From Collinsella sp. (GTDB lineage Bacteria > Actinomycetota > Coriobacteriia > Coriobacteriales > Coriobacteriaceae), in assembly GCA_048486575.1 (NCBI GenBank), contig DBFVZT010000090.1:35564-99563 (forward strand): 64,000 bases of DNA. Direction: 5' to 3'. Each line of letters begins with the position of its first letter. The stretch's first letter is position 1. The translations under genes and the position numbers were made by a program. Under the pieces are notes generated by a model. That model ran no database searches and was not told the DNA's origin. It was given only the letters and a program-made list of their open reading frames with translations. Positions 52,460 to 62,740 of the stretch are shown here, piece after piece.

Positions 52460-53377
52460 CTATTTACCGAGCGGTGAGAATTCATCGACGATCAGGTCGA
52501 GACATTGCGGAAGCGCGCGGGCGCCAAAGACGCCGGAGTTGCTGGAGATAATCTCGCCATCGAACTGCATGCCCAGGGACGGCGTGCAGGTAATTTTGGC
52601 TTCCTTGGTCTGGATGATCTTAAACTGCGGACGTCCGAGCACCTTGCCGGCGGGGTCGAGCGCAGCGGTGATCACGGTGGGCAGCAGCTGCACGGTTCGC
52701 ACGGGCTCGATGACCGCGATGTCCACCATGCCGTCGTTCATGCGGCAATCGGGGAACAGGTTGATGTCGTTTTGGATGACCGAGGTGTTGCCAGCCATGC
52801 AGCAGATACCGTCGAGCTCCTCGACAATGCCGTCATGCTCAATCGTAAAGTGCGCCACCGTAGGATTGGGCGTGGCGAGTGCGGATAGGAAGTAGGCGAT
52901 CTCGCCGATGTCGTTTTTGGTGGGGGCGGCCTTCATCATGATCTCGGCGTCGTAGCCCGAGCCGGCGATGATGATAAAGCCGTGGCGCTTCTCGTTGCCG
53001 TTCTCGTCGAGCCAAAAGAGCTCACCCATGTCTGCCTTGACGGTGCGGCCGTCGCGGCAGGCCTTGGCAAGCGCCGCCGCCTCGGGGGCATTGCCGATGT
53101 TGTTGAAGAACAGACAGGCCGTGCCAGAAGGGAAGACGAGTGTGGGGACGCCGCATCCGCGCATCTGGTCGAGCACGTTGGAGACGGTGCCGTCGCCGCC
53201 AGAGACCACCACGCGATCGAACTCGCGCACATCTGCCACGGCGTCCTCGGGTTCCATGCCATCGCCGATAAAGCGCATCACGACCTCGTCGCCGCCCTGC
53301 GCAAGGGCGTGCGTGAATGCGAAGATTTCATCTGAGCTGGGGCCCGATGCCGGGTTGTGGATGATAAGGCAGCGCAT
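52460..53377 (-). CDS. Diacylglycerol/lipid kinase family protein
   Basis: IHNPASG, SGGDGTV, PSGT, GYDA, QFDGE. Confidence 0.88.
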   Translation of the reverse strand: MRCLIIHNPASGPSSDEIFAFTHALAQGGDEVVMRFIGDGMEPEDAVADVREFDRVVVSGGDGTVSNVLDQMRGCGVPTLVFPSGTACLFFNNIGNAPEAAALAKACRDGRTVKADMGELFWLDENGNEKRHGFIIIAGSGYDAEIMMKAAPTKNDIGEIAYFLSALATPNPTVAHFTIEHDGIVEELDGICCMAGNTSVIQNDINLFPDCRMNDGMVDIAVIEPVRTVQLLPTVITAALDPAGKVLGRPQFKIIQTKEAKITCTPSLGMQFDGEIISSNSGVFGARALPQCLDLIVDEFSPLGK

Positions 53378-53475
53378 ACTTACGTTCCCGTTCTGTGACT
53401 AACCGAGTATAGTTGTAAGGCAATGCCGATATCCTACCCGTGTTTTTCGGGCCTAACCTTATTCGATGGGTTGAT

Positions 53476-54609
53476 ATGTACATTTCCACACATCAGGCTC
53501 TACTCGACTTTTGCCAGCGCGCCCGCGAGTTCGACGCGATTGCCGTTGACACCGAGTTTTTGCGCGAGCGCACGTTCCATCCTCGTCTGTGCCTGGTCCA
53601 GATTGCCACTCCTGCCGAGAGCGTCGCGGTCGACCCCCTGGTGATCGACGACCTGTCGCCGCTCGCCGAGCTTATGGCCGACGAGAGCGTGACCAAGGTG
53701 TTCCACGCCTGCTCGCAGGATATGGAGGTCATGCTCCATACCGTGGGCGTGCTGCCGCGTCCTATTTTTGATACGCAGGTGGCCGCCGCCTTTTTGGGTG
53801 AGCGCCAGCAGATTTCCTACGGCGCGCTCGTGCAGACGTTTTGCGGCGTCTCGCTGCCCAAGACCGAGTCGCTGACCGACTGGTCGCGCCGCCCGCTGAC
53901 CGACAAACAGATCGAGTACGCGATCGATGACGTCAAGTACCTGATCGTCGCCTATACCGAGATGATGAGCCGCCTGCGTGAGCTCGGTCGCGTGGACTGG
54001 GTGCTCGACGAGCTGCGCCCGCTTGCCGACGAGTCGCACTATCGCGCCGACCGTCACGAGGCGTTCCGTAAGGTCAAGCGCATCAACTCGTGCAGCCGTC
54101 ACCAGCTGGGTATCGCGCGCGAGCTTGCCGCCTGGCGTGAGGACCGTGCCGAGCGCCGCAACATCCCGCGTAAGTGGGTCATGTCCGACGATACGTTGCT
54201 GGCGCTCGTCAAGCGCAATCCCGTGCGCGTTGAGGAGTTCCGCAGTATCCGCGGCACCGATCAGCTAGGGGAGCGCGATGTGGACGGCGCGCTCATGGCC
54301 ATCAAGCGCGGCGCGAGCTGCCCGCACGATCGCCTGCCGCTCATGGTGCGCGGGCACCGTCAGATCTCGCCGGAGTTGGAGAGCGTGACCGATCTGATGT
54401 ATGCGCTCATTCGCCTGGTTGCCGAGCGCTCGGGCGTGGCGACCTCGGTCATTGCATCGCGCGATGACCTTGCCGACTACATTGAGCATCCCGAGCAGAG
54501 CCCCCTGCGCGAAGGCTGGCGTTTTGAACTCGTGGGCTCGCGCCTGGACGATTTGCTCTCGGGCAATATGGGACTTACGGTCAAAGACGGCAAAATCGAG
54601 CTACTGTAG
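53476..54609 (+). CDS. rnd: Ribonuclease D
   Basis: AVDTEFLRE, KVFHA..QD, FDTQVAA, TDWSRRPL, YAIDDV; HRDC domain. Confidence 0.92.
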   Translation: MYISTHQALLDFCQRAREFDAIAVDTEFLRERTFHPRLCLVQIATPAESVAVDPLVIDDLSPLAELMADESVTKVFHACSQDMEVMLHTVGVLPRPIFDTQVAAAFLGERQQISYGALVQTFCGVSLPKTESLTDWSRRPLTDKQIEYAIDDVKYLIVAYTEMMSRLRELGRVDWVLDELRPLADESHYRADRHEAFRKVKRINSCSRHQLGIARELAAWREDRAERRNIPRKWVMSDDTLLALVKRNPVRVEEFRSIRGTDQLGERDVDGALMAIKRGASCPHDRLPLMVRGHRQISPELESVTDLMYALIRLVAERSGVATSVIASRDDLADYIEHPEQSPLREGWRFELVGSRLDDLLSGNMGLTVKDGKIELL

Positions 54610-54673
54610 GGAAGCCTAGCTGCCTGAGTGGGTAGAATGCCTCCAACGTGTAACTCAATTCGGAGGAATTCGC

Positions 54674-55378
54674 ATGCCCTATTACTATGGATACGGCTTT
54701 GGCATCGACCCGCTGTACCTGCTGGTGGTTCTTGTTTGCACGGTGCTCGGTCTTGCCGCGCAGAGCTATATCAACTCGACGTATAAGACGTGGTCCAAGG
54801 TTCGCTCGGACGGCGATACGGGCGCCACGGTCGCGCGCCGCATGCTCGACGCCAACGGCTGCAGCGCCGTGGGCATCAAGGGTGTTGCCGGCGAGCTCAC
54901 CGACCATTACAACCCGCAGGACAACAACCTGTATCTGTCGAACGCCAACCGCTCGGGCGGTTCGGTTGCAAGCGTTGCCGTTGCCTGCCACGAGGCGGGC
55001 CATGCCGCCCAGCGTCAAAGCGGCTACGCCATGATGAAGGTGCGTAGCGCCCTCGTGCCGGTCGTCAACTTTACCCAGAACACCTGGACCATCGTGCTGC
55101 TCATGGGCCTGTTCATGAACATCGCCGGGCTCACGACCCTCGCGCTGATCTTCTTCTCGTTTAGCGTTCTGTTCCAGCTAGTTACGCTGCCGGTCGAGAT
55201 CGATGCCAGCCGCCGCGCCGTGGCATACATTGAGCAGTCGGGTATGAGCTCCAAGCAGGTCAACGGTGCCAAGAAGGTGCTGACGGCAGCCGCGCTTACC
55301 TATGTGGCAGCGGCGCTCACCTCGATCATTCAACTGCTCTACCTCATGGCTCGCTACAACAGAAACTCCAACCGATAA
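54674..55378 (+). CDS. YugP-like membrane zinc metallopeptidase
   Basis: LTDHYNP, HEAGHA, TLPVE.DASRRA, AAALTYVA. Confidence 0.9.
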   Translation: MPYYYGYGFGIDPLYLLVVLVCTVLGLAAQSYINSTYKTWSKVRSDGDTGATVARRMLDANGCSAVGIKGVAGELTDHYNPQDNNLYLSNANRSGGSVASVAVACHEAGHAAQRQSGYAMMKVRSALVPVVNFTQNTWTIVLLMGLFMNIAGLTTLALIFFSFSVLFQLVTLPVEIDASRRAVAYIEQSGMSSKQVNGAKKVLTAAALTYVAAALTSIIQLLYLMARYNRNSNR

Positions 55379-55475
55379 CAAATGGGGCTGACGGGCGCCG
55401 CGGGGATTCGTGTCCCCGCGGCGCTGTACTATGTGTGGGACTTGAATTTGCACAGGGCCGGAGCCCTAGTGCACG

Positions 55476-56945
55476 ATGACGAAAGGAGGCTGCGTGGCGG
55501 GCTGGAATCTGACCGGCAATGCCGTTTCTGCCGAGTTCGACGGATCGGACGAGCAGGAGCGCAAAGAGCTCAGCGTGAGCCAGGCAGTCGAGATCGCCGC
55601 TGGCGCGCTCGATGCCATTCCGCAGCTGAGCGTTTTGGGCGAGGTCACGGGTTTTCGTGGCCCCAATGCCCGAAGCGGCCACTGCTACTTTCAGATCAAG
55701 GACGACTCGGCCGCCGTCGACTGCATCATCTGGAAGGGCGCCTATCTTAAGCGCACCTTCGATTTGCGCGACGGAATGCAGGTGAGCTTTAAGGGCAGCT
55801 TCAATCTCTATAAGCCCACAGGCCGTATGAGCTTTGTCGCTCGCTCATTCTCGCTGGCGGGGGAGGGCCTGCTGCGTCAACAAGTGGCGCAGTTGGCCGA
55901 AAAGCTGCGCCGCGAGGGGCTGATGGACGAGTCCCGTAAACGCCGCATTCCGGTGTTTTGCTCGCGCGTGGCGGTCGTCACCTCGCTCTCCGGCGCCGTG
56001 ATCGATGACGTCAAGCGTACGCTGCGCCGTCGCAACCCACTTGTCGAGCTCGTTTGCGTGGGTGCCAAGGTCCAAGGCGAGGGTGCGCCTGCCGAGCTTA
56101 TTGAAGGCTTGCGCCGCGCCACTGCCATTACGCCGGCACCCGATTGCATTTTGCTCGTGCGTGGCGGCGGTTCCTTCGAGGATCTCATGACCTTTAACGA
56201 CGAGGAACTTGCCCGTGCGGTGGCAGCCTGTCCCGTGCCTGTGGTGACGGGCATTGGCCATGAGCCCGATACCTCAATCTGCGACATGGTGAGCGACCGT
56301 CGCGCCTCCACGCCCACGGCAGCGGCGGAATCGGTGGCGCCGGCTATGACAGAGCTGGCCGATGTGCTCGAGACACGTCATCAGCGCCTGGGCGCTGCGA
56401 TGGCTTCGATGATCGGGTCGGATCAAGTCGATCTGGAGATGCTCGATCAGCGCGGTCGGCGTGCCTGGGATACCTATACGGCACGCTTGGGCGATGCGCT
56501 CGATGCGGCCGCGTGCCGCCCGTGTCTCAACGACCCAACGTTTATGGTCGAGCGTCGCGAGTCTGAGCTTGCTCTGACGGCCGATCGTTTGTCCGGCGCC
56601 ATAACGCGCTCCGTCGGGGCCTTCCGCTCCAGTTTTGAGCATCTGCCCGAGCGCTTGGTCGCAAGCACCTCGGGGCTCGATGGCAAGCGCCATGCGCTCA
56701 CGCTCGCGAGCTCTCGTCTGGAACATCAGGGGCGCACGATGTTGAGCAAGCCCGCGTCCGACTTGAGCCGTGCTGCCGCTTCACTCGACGCTTTGTCGCC
56801 GCTCAAGGTGCTTGCCCGTGGCTACTCCATCGCTTACAGCGATGACGGCGTTGCTACGAGTGCCAAGACCTTTAAGCCCGGCGACGCTATCCGCGTGCGC
56901 ATGGCAGACGGCAACGTAGCGGCAACCGTCGATATGGTCGAGTAG
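55476..56945 (+). CDS. xseA: Exodeoxyribonuclease VII large subunit
   Basis: SGHCYFQIKD, RGGGSFEDL, GIGHEPD, TPTAAAE, SPLKVLARGYS. Confidence 0.95.
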   Translation: MTKGGCVAGWNLTGNAVSAEFDGSDEQERKELSVSQAVEIAAGALDAIPQLSVLGEVTGFRGPNARSGHCYFQIKDDSAAVDCIIWKGAYLKRTFDLRDGMQVSFKGSFNLYKPTGRMSFVARSFSLAGEGLLRQQVAQLAEKLRREGLMDESRKRRIPVFCSRVAVVTSLSGAVIDDVKRTLRRRNPLVELVCVGAKVQGEGAPAELIEGLRRATAITPAPDCILLVRGGGSFEDLMTFNDEELARAVAACPVPVVTGIGHEPDTSICDMVSDRRASTPTAAAESVAPAMTELADVLETRHQRLGAAMASMIGSDQVDLEMLDQRGRRAWDTYTARLGDALDAAACRPCLNDPTFMVERRESELALTADRLSGAITRSVGAFRSSFEHLPERLVASTSGLDGKRHALTLASSRLEHQGRTMLSKPASDLSRAAASLDALSPLKVLARGYSIAYSDDGVATSAKTFKPGDAIRVRMADGNVAATVDMVE

Positions 56946-56987
56946 GCCGCGTTTTACAGTGATAGACCTTTAGGAAAGGAAACAGAT

Positions 56988-57254
56988 ATGGCAGAGAAGA
57001 CCCCGGTCGAGCAGCTTACGTACAAGCAGGCCTCGCAGGAGCTGGAGCTCATTATCCGCAGTCTGGAGTCGGGCGATATGGAGCTCGAGGAATCGCTCGA
57101 GAGCTACACCCGTGGCGTCGAGCTTCTCAAGAGCCTGCGTACCCGCCTGGCCGATGCCGAGCAGAAGGTCTCGGTGCTCCTTAAGGACGTCGACGGCAAC
57201 GACGTGCTCGCCGACGGCGAAGCCGCCAACACCGACGACAACCTCTCGTTCTAA
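56988..57254 (+). CDS. xseB: Exodeoxyribonuclease VII small subunit
   Basis: ELE.II..LESG...LEESLE.Y.RG..L. Confidence 0.92.
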   Translation: MAEKTPVEQLTYKQASQELELIIRSLESGDMELEESLESYTRGVELLKSLRTRLADAEQKVSVLLKDVDGNDVLADGEAANTDDNLSF

Positions 57255-57303
57255 CCATCCCGACCAAATATAATTACTCTGGTCTGTTAGAAAGGAACCA
57301 GCC

Positions 57304-57639
57304 ATGTGTGATTGCATCTTCTGCAAAATCGCCAACCACGAGATCCCCTCGACCGTTGTCTATGAGGACGACCAGGTCATCGCGTTCGACGACCTCAATC
57401 CCCAGGCTCCGGTCCATACGCTCGTGATCCCTAAGAAGCACTACAGCGACATCGCCGACAACGTGCCCGCCGAGACCATGGGCGCCATGGCTCACGCCAT
57501 CCAGGAGGTCGCCAATGCCAAGGGCCTGGAGGACGGTTTCCGCGTCATCTCCAACAAGGGCGTCAACGCCGGTCAGACCGTCATGCACTTCCACATGCAC
57601 GTTCTCGGCGGCAAGAACCTGGGCGAGAACCTCATCTGA
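57304..57639 (+). CDS. hinT: Histidine triad nucleotide-binding protein
   Basis: CIFCKI, PQAPVHTLVIPKKH, GQTVMHFHMHVLGG. Confidence 0.9.
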   Translation: MCDCIFCKIANHEIPSTVVYEDDQVIAFDDLNPQAPVHTLVIPKKHYSDIADNVPAETMGAMAHAIQEVANAKGLEDGFRVISNKGVNAGQTVMHFHMHVLGGKNLGENLI

Positions 57640-57680
57640 GGGCGCGTAGCCCATCGCCTTGGCTGCCTTTGGAGTAATCT

Positions 57681-58571
57681 ATGCAGCTTTCTCAACTCGA
57701 ATACCTTCAAGCGGTAGCGAACTATGGCGGCGTGCGCAAAGCAGCTCGCGCCGTTCATGTGAGTCCGCAGGCCGTTTCGTCGGCAATCAAAAAGTTGGAA
57801 TCTGAGTATCAGATTGTTTTGCTCGACCGATCGGCGGGTGAGGCCGTTTTGTCTCCGTCGGGCAGAGAATTTGCGCGTCGTGCACGCGTGATCCTGGCAC
57901 AAGTCGACGATCTCAAAAAGTATGCTCAATCGAGGGACGACGGTGTCTCGCCCGACGGCCACTTTCGTCTTTACGCCCCCTGCCTTCATGGGCGGGGGCG
58001 CCTTTTTACCGAAAACTGGTATGACTCGTTTGAAAGCTCGCACCCTCAGATTCACCTCGATGTGTGGCATCAGCCAACTGCTACATGTTTTGAGTCGCTC
58101 ATGCTTGGTATTTCGGATGCAGCCATCTCATTTGAAGAACCACGGAACAGCGTCCTTTCTTCGAAATTCTTGGGTGAAAAGGAGCTCAAGGTTCTTTCGT
58201 GCCCGGCAGGTCATCAATCTGTGGACGCTATGACCATTCGTGAGCTACTGGGCGGCAGGCTCGCTGTTCCCATTAATTTGTCACCCTGTCTCAATGCAAT
58301 CAATCAATGTCCCGAAGCCCAGCTCGTTAATTTCCGCTTCCGTGATGTCGAATACGGAAACAGAGCGCAGGCTGAGTTTCTTCAAGCCGGGGGATTGATA
58401 TTGAGTTTTTCTGGCTCTTCTTTCGCATCAGATGGATTGAAAGTGAGCGAGTGCTCCATTGAAGCCTCACATGACGTAACCTTGCCTATCTACTTTTGCT
58501 ATCGGCAAAATGCCTGGACCGATCGACACCAGACAGTATTTCTTCACCTATTGCGTCATCTCGCTTCGTGA
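57681..58571 (+). CDS. LysR-family regulator
   Basis: MQLSQLEYL..AAR..HVSPQAVSSAIKKLE.E....LLDR. Confidence 0.85.
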   Translation: MQLSQLEYLQAVANYGGVRKAARAVHVSPQAVSSAIKKLESEYQIVLLDRSAGEAVLSPSGREFARRARVILAQVDDLKKYAQSRDDGVSPDGHFRLYAPCLHGRGRLFTENWYDSFESSHPQIHLDVWHQPTATCFESLMLGISDAAISFEEPRNSVLSSKFLGEKELKVLSCPAGHQSVDAMTIRELLGGRLAVPINLSPCLNAINQCPEAQLVNFRFRDVEYGNRAQAEFLQAGGLILSFSGSSFASDGLKVSECSIEASHDVTLPIYFCYRQNAWTDRHQTVFLHLLRHLAS

Positions 58572-58690
58572 GGCCATTTGGCCTCGTGTCGTCAAGTGAA
58601 TGTTGACGCCTTGTAACACATGGCTGACGGCTTTGCCCTCATGCTTTTCCAAGATTTCGGTTTGGGTTATTGGTTCTTGGAGGGCGGAGC

Positions 58691-59851
58691 ATGAAAAACC
58701 GTATGGTTTTGCTTTATATGGCGTTCGTTTTCCTGTCGAATTTCAGCACTATTCTGTATTTTCTGACGGTTTACCTTGATTTTGTCGGCTTCTCGATGGT
58801 GGCGATATCCAGCATGATGATCACCTACCAAGTGAGCAAGTTCATTCTCGAGGTTCCTACTGGTTATATTGCTGACAGGTTTGGACGAAAGGTGAGCGGC
58901 CTCGTTGGCATTGTGGGAATGCTTGGGTACTACGCCGCCCTGCTCTTCGTCCGATCTCCTCTGCTTTTAATCGGTGCGTTTGCTCTCAAGGGTTTTGCCG
59001 TTGCATGTGTGAGCGGATCCATCGAAGCGATTTACATTGATAGCGTCTCTCAGGACCAACTCGTGAGACTTAATATCGTTGAGCGATTTGTCTTCTATGC
59101 GTCTTATGCCCTCTCCGCTTGTGTGGGCGGTTTCATTTCGTCCGCTGGCGCGTATCTCATTGGGCTTTCGGCAGATATCATCGCTATGGTGTTGACGTTG
59201 GTTGTTGTTGTCTGCATTCCTGAGATGCGAAGAGAGGGCGCTGCGGCGACACCTGAACGTGGAATTAGCCCGAAGATGATCGGTGCCGCTATTGCGTGTA
59301 ATGGTATTCTTCGTTCGGCGTACATCATGGACTGTTCTCAGGCATTTGCTTTTGTCGCCCTGGAAGACTTTTTCTCACTGCTGCTTGCGGGTCGCGGAAT
59401 GAATGCTGTCGCTTCGGGCGTGACCATTGCGGTTCAGCTCCTTGCCTCCGCCTCCATAGGGTTTATTGTGCCTAGTGTGATTGCTCGTGTCGACAAGGGC
59501 CGTTTTGCGTGTATTTGCGGCATTGTGCGCCTTTCCCTGACTGCTCTGTTTTTGATTCCCTTTACTCCGGTCTGTTTGCTGCCCGTGTTCTATGTGTTGC
59601 AGACGGTCGCTTACTCGTTATTTGCTCCAATTAAATACTCAATTTTTCAAAATGCTGCTGATTCTTCGATGCGCTGTTCATTGATTTCGGTTCAAAGCCA
59701 GATGGTGGCGGTGGGTGCTGTTCTTTTCTATCTGCTCAACGCTGTGTTGAGCAGCGCTGCGGGCATTCGAGTCGTATTGCTTGTCGCGCTCGGGATTTCT
59801 TCTTTGGTGTATATTCCCGCGCTATTTCGTCTTACAAGCCAAAGGACATGA
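58691..59851 (+). CDS. MFS transporter
   Basis: LEVPTGYIADRFGRK motif A; about 12 hydrophobic segments. Confidence 0.88.
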   Translation: MKNRMVLLYMAFVFLSNFSTILYFLTVYLDFVGFSMVAISSMMITYQVSKFILEVPTGYIADRFGRKVSGLVGIVGMLGYYAALLFVRSPLLLIGAFALKGFAVACVSGSIEAIYIDSVSQDQLVRLNIVERFVFYASYALSACVGGFISSAGAYLIGLSADIIAMVLTLVVVVCIPEMRREGAAATPERGISPKMIGAAIACNGILRSAYIMDCSQAFAFVALEDFFSLLLAGRGMNAVASGVTIAVQLLASASIGFIVPSVIARVDKGRFACICGIVRLSLTALFLIPFTPVCLLPVFYVLQTVAYSLFAPIKYSIFQNAADSSMRCSLISVQSQMVAVGAVLFYLLNAVLSSAAGIRVVLLVALGISSLVYIPALFRLTSQRT

Positions 59852-59972
59852 GTATTTAGGCACCGATAACTTATATATCAACGCCAATAAACCCGAGCGC
59901 GAGGGCGTTTGGGTTTATTATTGAAGCGTATGTAACCTGGCGGCGCCACACCGCCTGTTAGTAGGGAGACAC

Positions 59973-61151
59973 ATGAACGTTCTGGTCGTCAACGCAGGAT
60001 CTTCGACCCTTAAGTATCAGGTCATCGATACCAAGTCCCACAAGGTGTCCGCAAAGGGCTCCTGCGAGCGCGTTTGCTTTACCGGCGGTACCTTCACCCA
60101 CGCTGCCAACGGTTCCAAGAAGGTGACCGAGAACATCGAGTTCCCCGACCACAAGGTCGCCATCGAGGTCGTCCTGAAGGACCTCGAGGCTAACGGCGTC
60201 AAGATCGAGGGCATCGGCCACCGCATCGTTCAGGGCGGTTGGTACTTTGGCGATACCTCCCTCGTCGACGAGGACGTTCTCGCTAAGATCCGCGAGGTCG
60301 CTCCGCTCGCCCCGCTGCACAACAACCCCGAGGCTAACGTTATCGAGTACTGCCTCGAGCAGTATCCCGACCTGCCCAACGTCACGGTCTACGACACCGC
60401 CTTCCACTTCAATATGCCCGAGGTCGCCAAGACCTACGCCCTGCCCAAGGACGTCTGCGACAAGCTGCACATCCGTAAGTACGGCGCCCACGGCACCAGC
60501 TATCGCTACATCTCCAAGAAGGTCGCCGAGATGACCAACGGCGAGGCCCGCAAGGTCGTCGTGTGCCACATCGGTTCCGGCGCCTCCCTGTGCGCCATCG
60601 AGGACGGCAAGTGCATGGACACCACCATGGGCTTGACGCCGCTCGACGGCGTCATGATGGGCACCCGCTGCGGTTCCATCGACCCGGCTACCGTGTGCTA
60701 CCTGCAGCGCGAGGGCGGTTACACCTTCGACGAGGTCGACGAGATGATGAACAAGAAGTCCGGCCTTTTGGCTGTGACCGGCGGCAAGACCAACGACTGC
60801 CGCAACGTCGAGGAGCTCGCCGCTGCTGGTGACCCCGAGGCTCAGCTCGCCTTCGACATGTTTGTCTACAAGATTGCCGCCAAGGCTGCCGAGATGGCCA
60901 CCTCCATGTGCGGTATGGACACCCTGGTCTTTACCGCCGGCATCGGCGAGCACGCTCCGGCTGTCCGCGCCGGCGTTGCCGACCGCCTGGCCTTTATGGG
61001 CGTCAAGATGGATCATGCCCGCAACGCCCTGCGTGGTGACGGCGCTTGGTGCCTGTCTGCCAAGGATTCCAAGGTCAAGATTTTCGTCATCCCCACGGAC
61101 GAGGAGTTCATGATCGCTTCCGACGTCGAGCGCATCGTCAACGGCAAGTAA
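59973..61151 (+). CDS. ackA: Acetate kinase 1
   Basis: NAGSSTLK, GHR, APLHN, GTRCG, FTAGIGE, PTDEE. Confidence 0.93.
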   Translation: MNVLVVNAGSSTLKYQVIDTKSHKVSAKGSCERVCFTGGTFTHAANGSKKVTENIEFPDHKVAIEVVLKDLEANGVKIEGIGHRIVQGGWYFGDTSLVDEDVLAKIREVAPLAPLHNNPEANVIEYCLEQYPDLPNVTVYDTAFHFNMPEVAKTYALPKDVCDKLHIRKYGAHGTSYRYISKKVAEMTNGEARKVVVCHIGSGASLCAIEDGKCMDTTMGLTPLDGVMMGTRCGSIDPATVCYLQREGGYTFDEVDEMMNKKSGLLAVTGGKTNDCRNVEELAAAGDPEAQLAFDMFVYKIAAKAAEMATSMCGMDTLVFTAGIGEHAPAVRAGVADRLAFMGVKMDHARNALRGDGAWCLSAKDSKVKIFVIPTDEEFMIASDVERIVNGK

Positions 61152-61315
61152 TTGCAAAAGGGGAGGGGCTGGACGACCGAGCGCCGTTCGGCCCCTCTTT
61201 TGTGCTCGTTGGGCGATATGCCTGATAGTTATTTATTAAGTTGTGATAACTTCTTATTAACATGCGGCCGCCTTAAGGGGTCTGCGCCGACCGTATCGCA
61301 CTGCAAAGGAGTCTC

Positions 61316-62494
61316 ATGAACGTACTTGTTGTCAACGCCGGTAGCTCAAGCCTTAAATATCAGCTTTTGGATACCGATACCCGCGAGGTTTTCGCCAAGG
61401 GCAACTGCGAACGTATCGGTTCGGACATGGGCATCTTTGGCCACTCCGAGAACGGTGGCGCCAAGCAAACCGAGGAGGTCCCCTTCCCGGACCACCGTTC
61501 GGCTATCGCACGTGTGCTCGAGGAGCTCGAGAAGACCGACTTTACGATCGATGGCATCGGCCACCGTATCGTTCAGGGTGGCTGGTACTTCGATGATTCC
61601 GCGGTCGTCGACGATGAGGTCATGGCTAAGATCCTCGAGGTGGCACCGCTTGCTCCGCTGCACAACTATGGCGAGGCGGCGGCAATCGAGTATTGTCGCG
61701 AGAAGTATCCGGAGCTGCCCAACGTGGCCGTCTTCGACACCTCGTTCCACATGACTATGCCCGAGGTCGCCTACACCTACGCCCTGCCCAAGGACGTGTG
61801 TGACAAGTATCACGTGCGCAAGTACGGCGCCCACGGCACAAGCCACCGCTATGAGTGGATGATGGCCAAGGAGATCCTGGGTTCGCGCTGCCACCGTCTG
61901 CTTTCGTGTCATCTGGGCAACGGCGCTTCGCTCGCCGCCATTGAGGACGGTGTATGCCGCGATACCACGATGGGCCTCACGCCGCTCGACGGCCTGATGA
62001 TGGGCACCCGTTGTGGTTCCATTGACCCAGCCACCGTGTGCTACCTGCAGCGCGAGGGCGGCTACAGCTATCAGGAAGTCGACGACATGATGAACAAGCA
62101 GTCCGGCCTGCTTGCCATCTCGGGCATCTCCAACGACGCCCGCGACATCCGTACGCGCGCCTCCGAGGGCGACGAGCGCTGCCTGCTCGCCTTTGACATG
62201 TTCGCTTACAAGGCCATGCAACAGGCTGGTTCCATGATCGCCTCCATGGCGGGCGTGGATACCATTACCTTTACCGCCGGCATCGGCGAGAACGACTGGT
62301 CGATCCGCAAGGCTTTCTGCGACTGCTTTGAGTGGCTGGGCGTGCGCATCGACAACAACAAGAACCGCGAGGCCGTGGGCAATGGCCCACAGGTCATCAG
62401 CGCTGCCGGCTCCGCCGTCACGGTCATGGTCATCCCCACCGACGAGGAATACATGATCGCCCACGACGTCGAGCGCCTAACCAGGAACAACTAG
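61316..62494 (+). CDS. ackA: Acetate kinase 2
   Basis: NAGSSSLK, HLGNGAS, FTAGIGEN, PTDEE. Confidence 0.93.
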   Translation: MNVLVVNAGSSSLKYQLLDTDTREVFAKGNCERIGSDMGIFGHSENGGAKQTEEVPFPDHRSAIARVLEELEKTDFTIDGIGHRIVQGGWYFDDSAVVDDEVMAKILEVAPLAPLHNYGEAAAIEYCREKYPELPNVAVFDTSFHMTMPEVAYTYALPKDVCDKYHVRKYGAHGTSHRYEWMMAKEILGSRCHRLLSCHLGNGASLAAIEDGVCRDTTMGLTPLDGLMMGTRCGSIDPATVCYLQREGGYSYQEVDDMMNKQSGLLAISGISNDARDIRTRASEGDERCLLAFDMFAYKAMQQAGSMIASMAGVDTITFTAGIGENDWSIRKAFCDCFEWLGVRIDNNKNREAVGNGPQVISAAGSAVTVMVIPTDEEYMIAHDVERLTRNN

Positions 62495-62516
62495 CGCATT
62501 CGTTTGCAATTGAGAG

Positions 62517-62552
62517 AAAGGCCTCCAGAGCAACAGCTCCGGAGGCCTTTTT
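62517..62552 (+). terminator. ackA2 terminator
   Basis: AAAGGCCTCCAGAGC-aaca-GCTCCGGAGGCCTTTTT. Confidence 0.8.
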
Positions 62553-62593
62553 ACTAGCAAGCGAACGGCGGAAACCCCATCCCATTCCGAGCA

Positions 62594-62740
62594 CGAATTC
62601 TGGGACACGCTTTCCAGTTGAGGCACGTTGCGGAAAGTGTGTCCCACAATAAAACAAAATTCCGTCCCACAGTTTCCCAAACAGCCCCCAAGCGGAAACT
62701 GCATCCCAGAATTCGCCTCCAAACTGGGACACACTTTCCG
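62594..62740. repeat. Cluster of four 15-bp TGGGA...TTTCC units in mixed orientation
   Basis: +62601, -62632, -62694, +62725. Confidence 0.7.

Noticed and set aside
60470..60505. YGAHG instead of YGFHG in AckA as evidence for longer acyl substrates
   Set aside because: Ala at this position also occurs in ordinary acetate kinases such as E. coli AckA.
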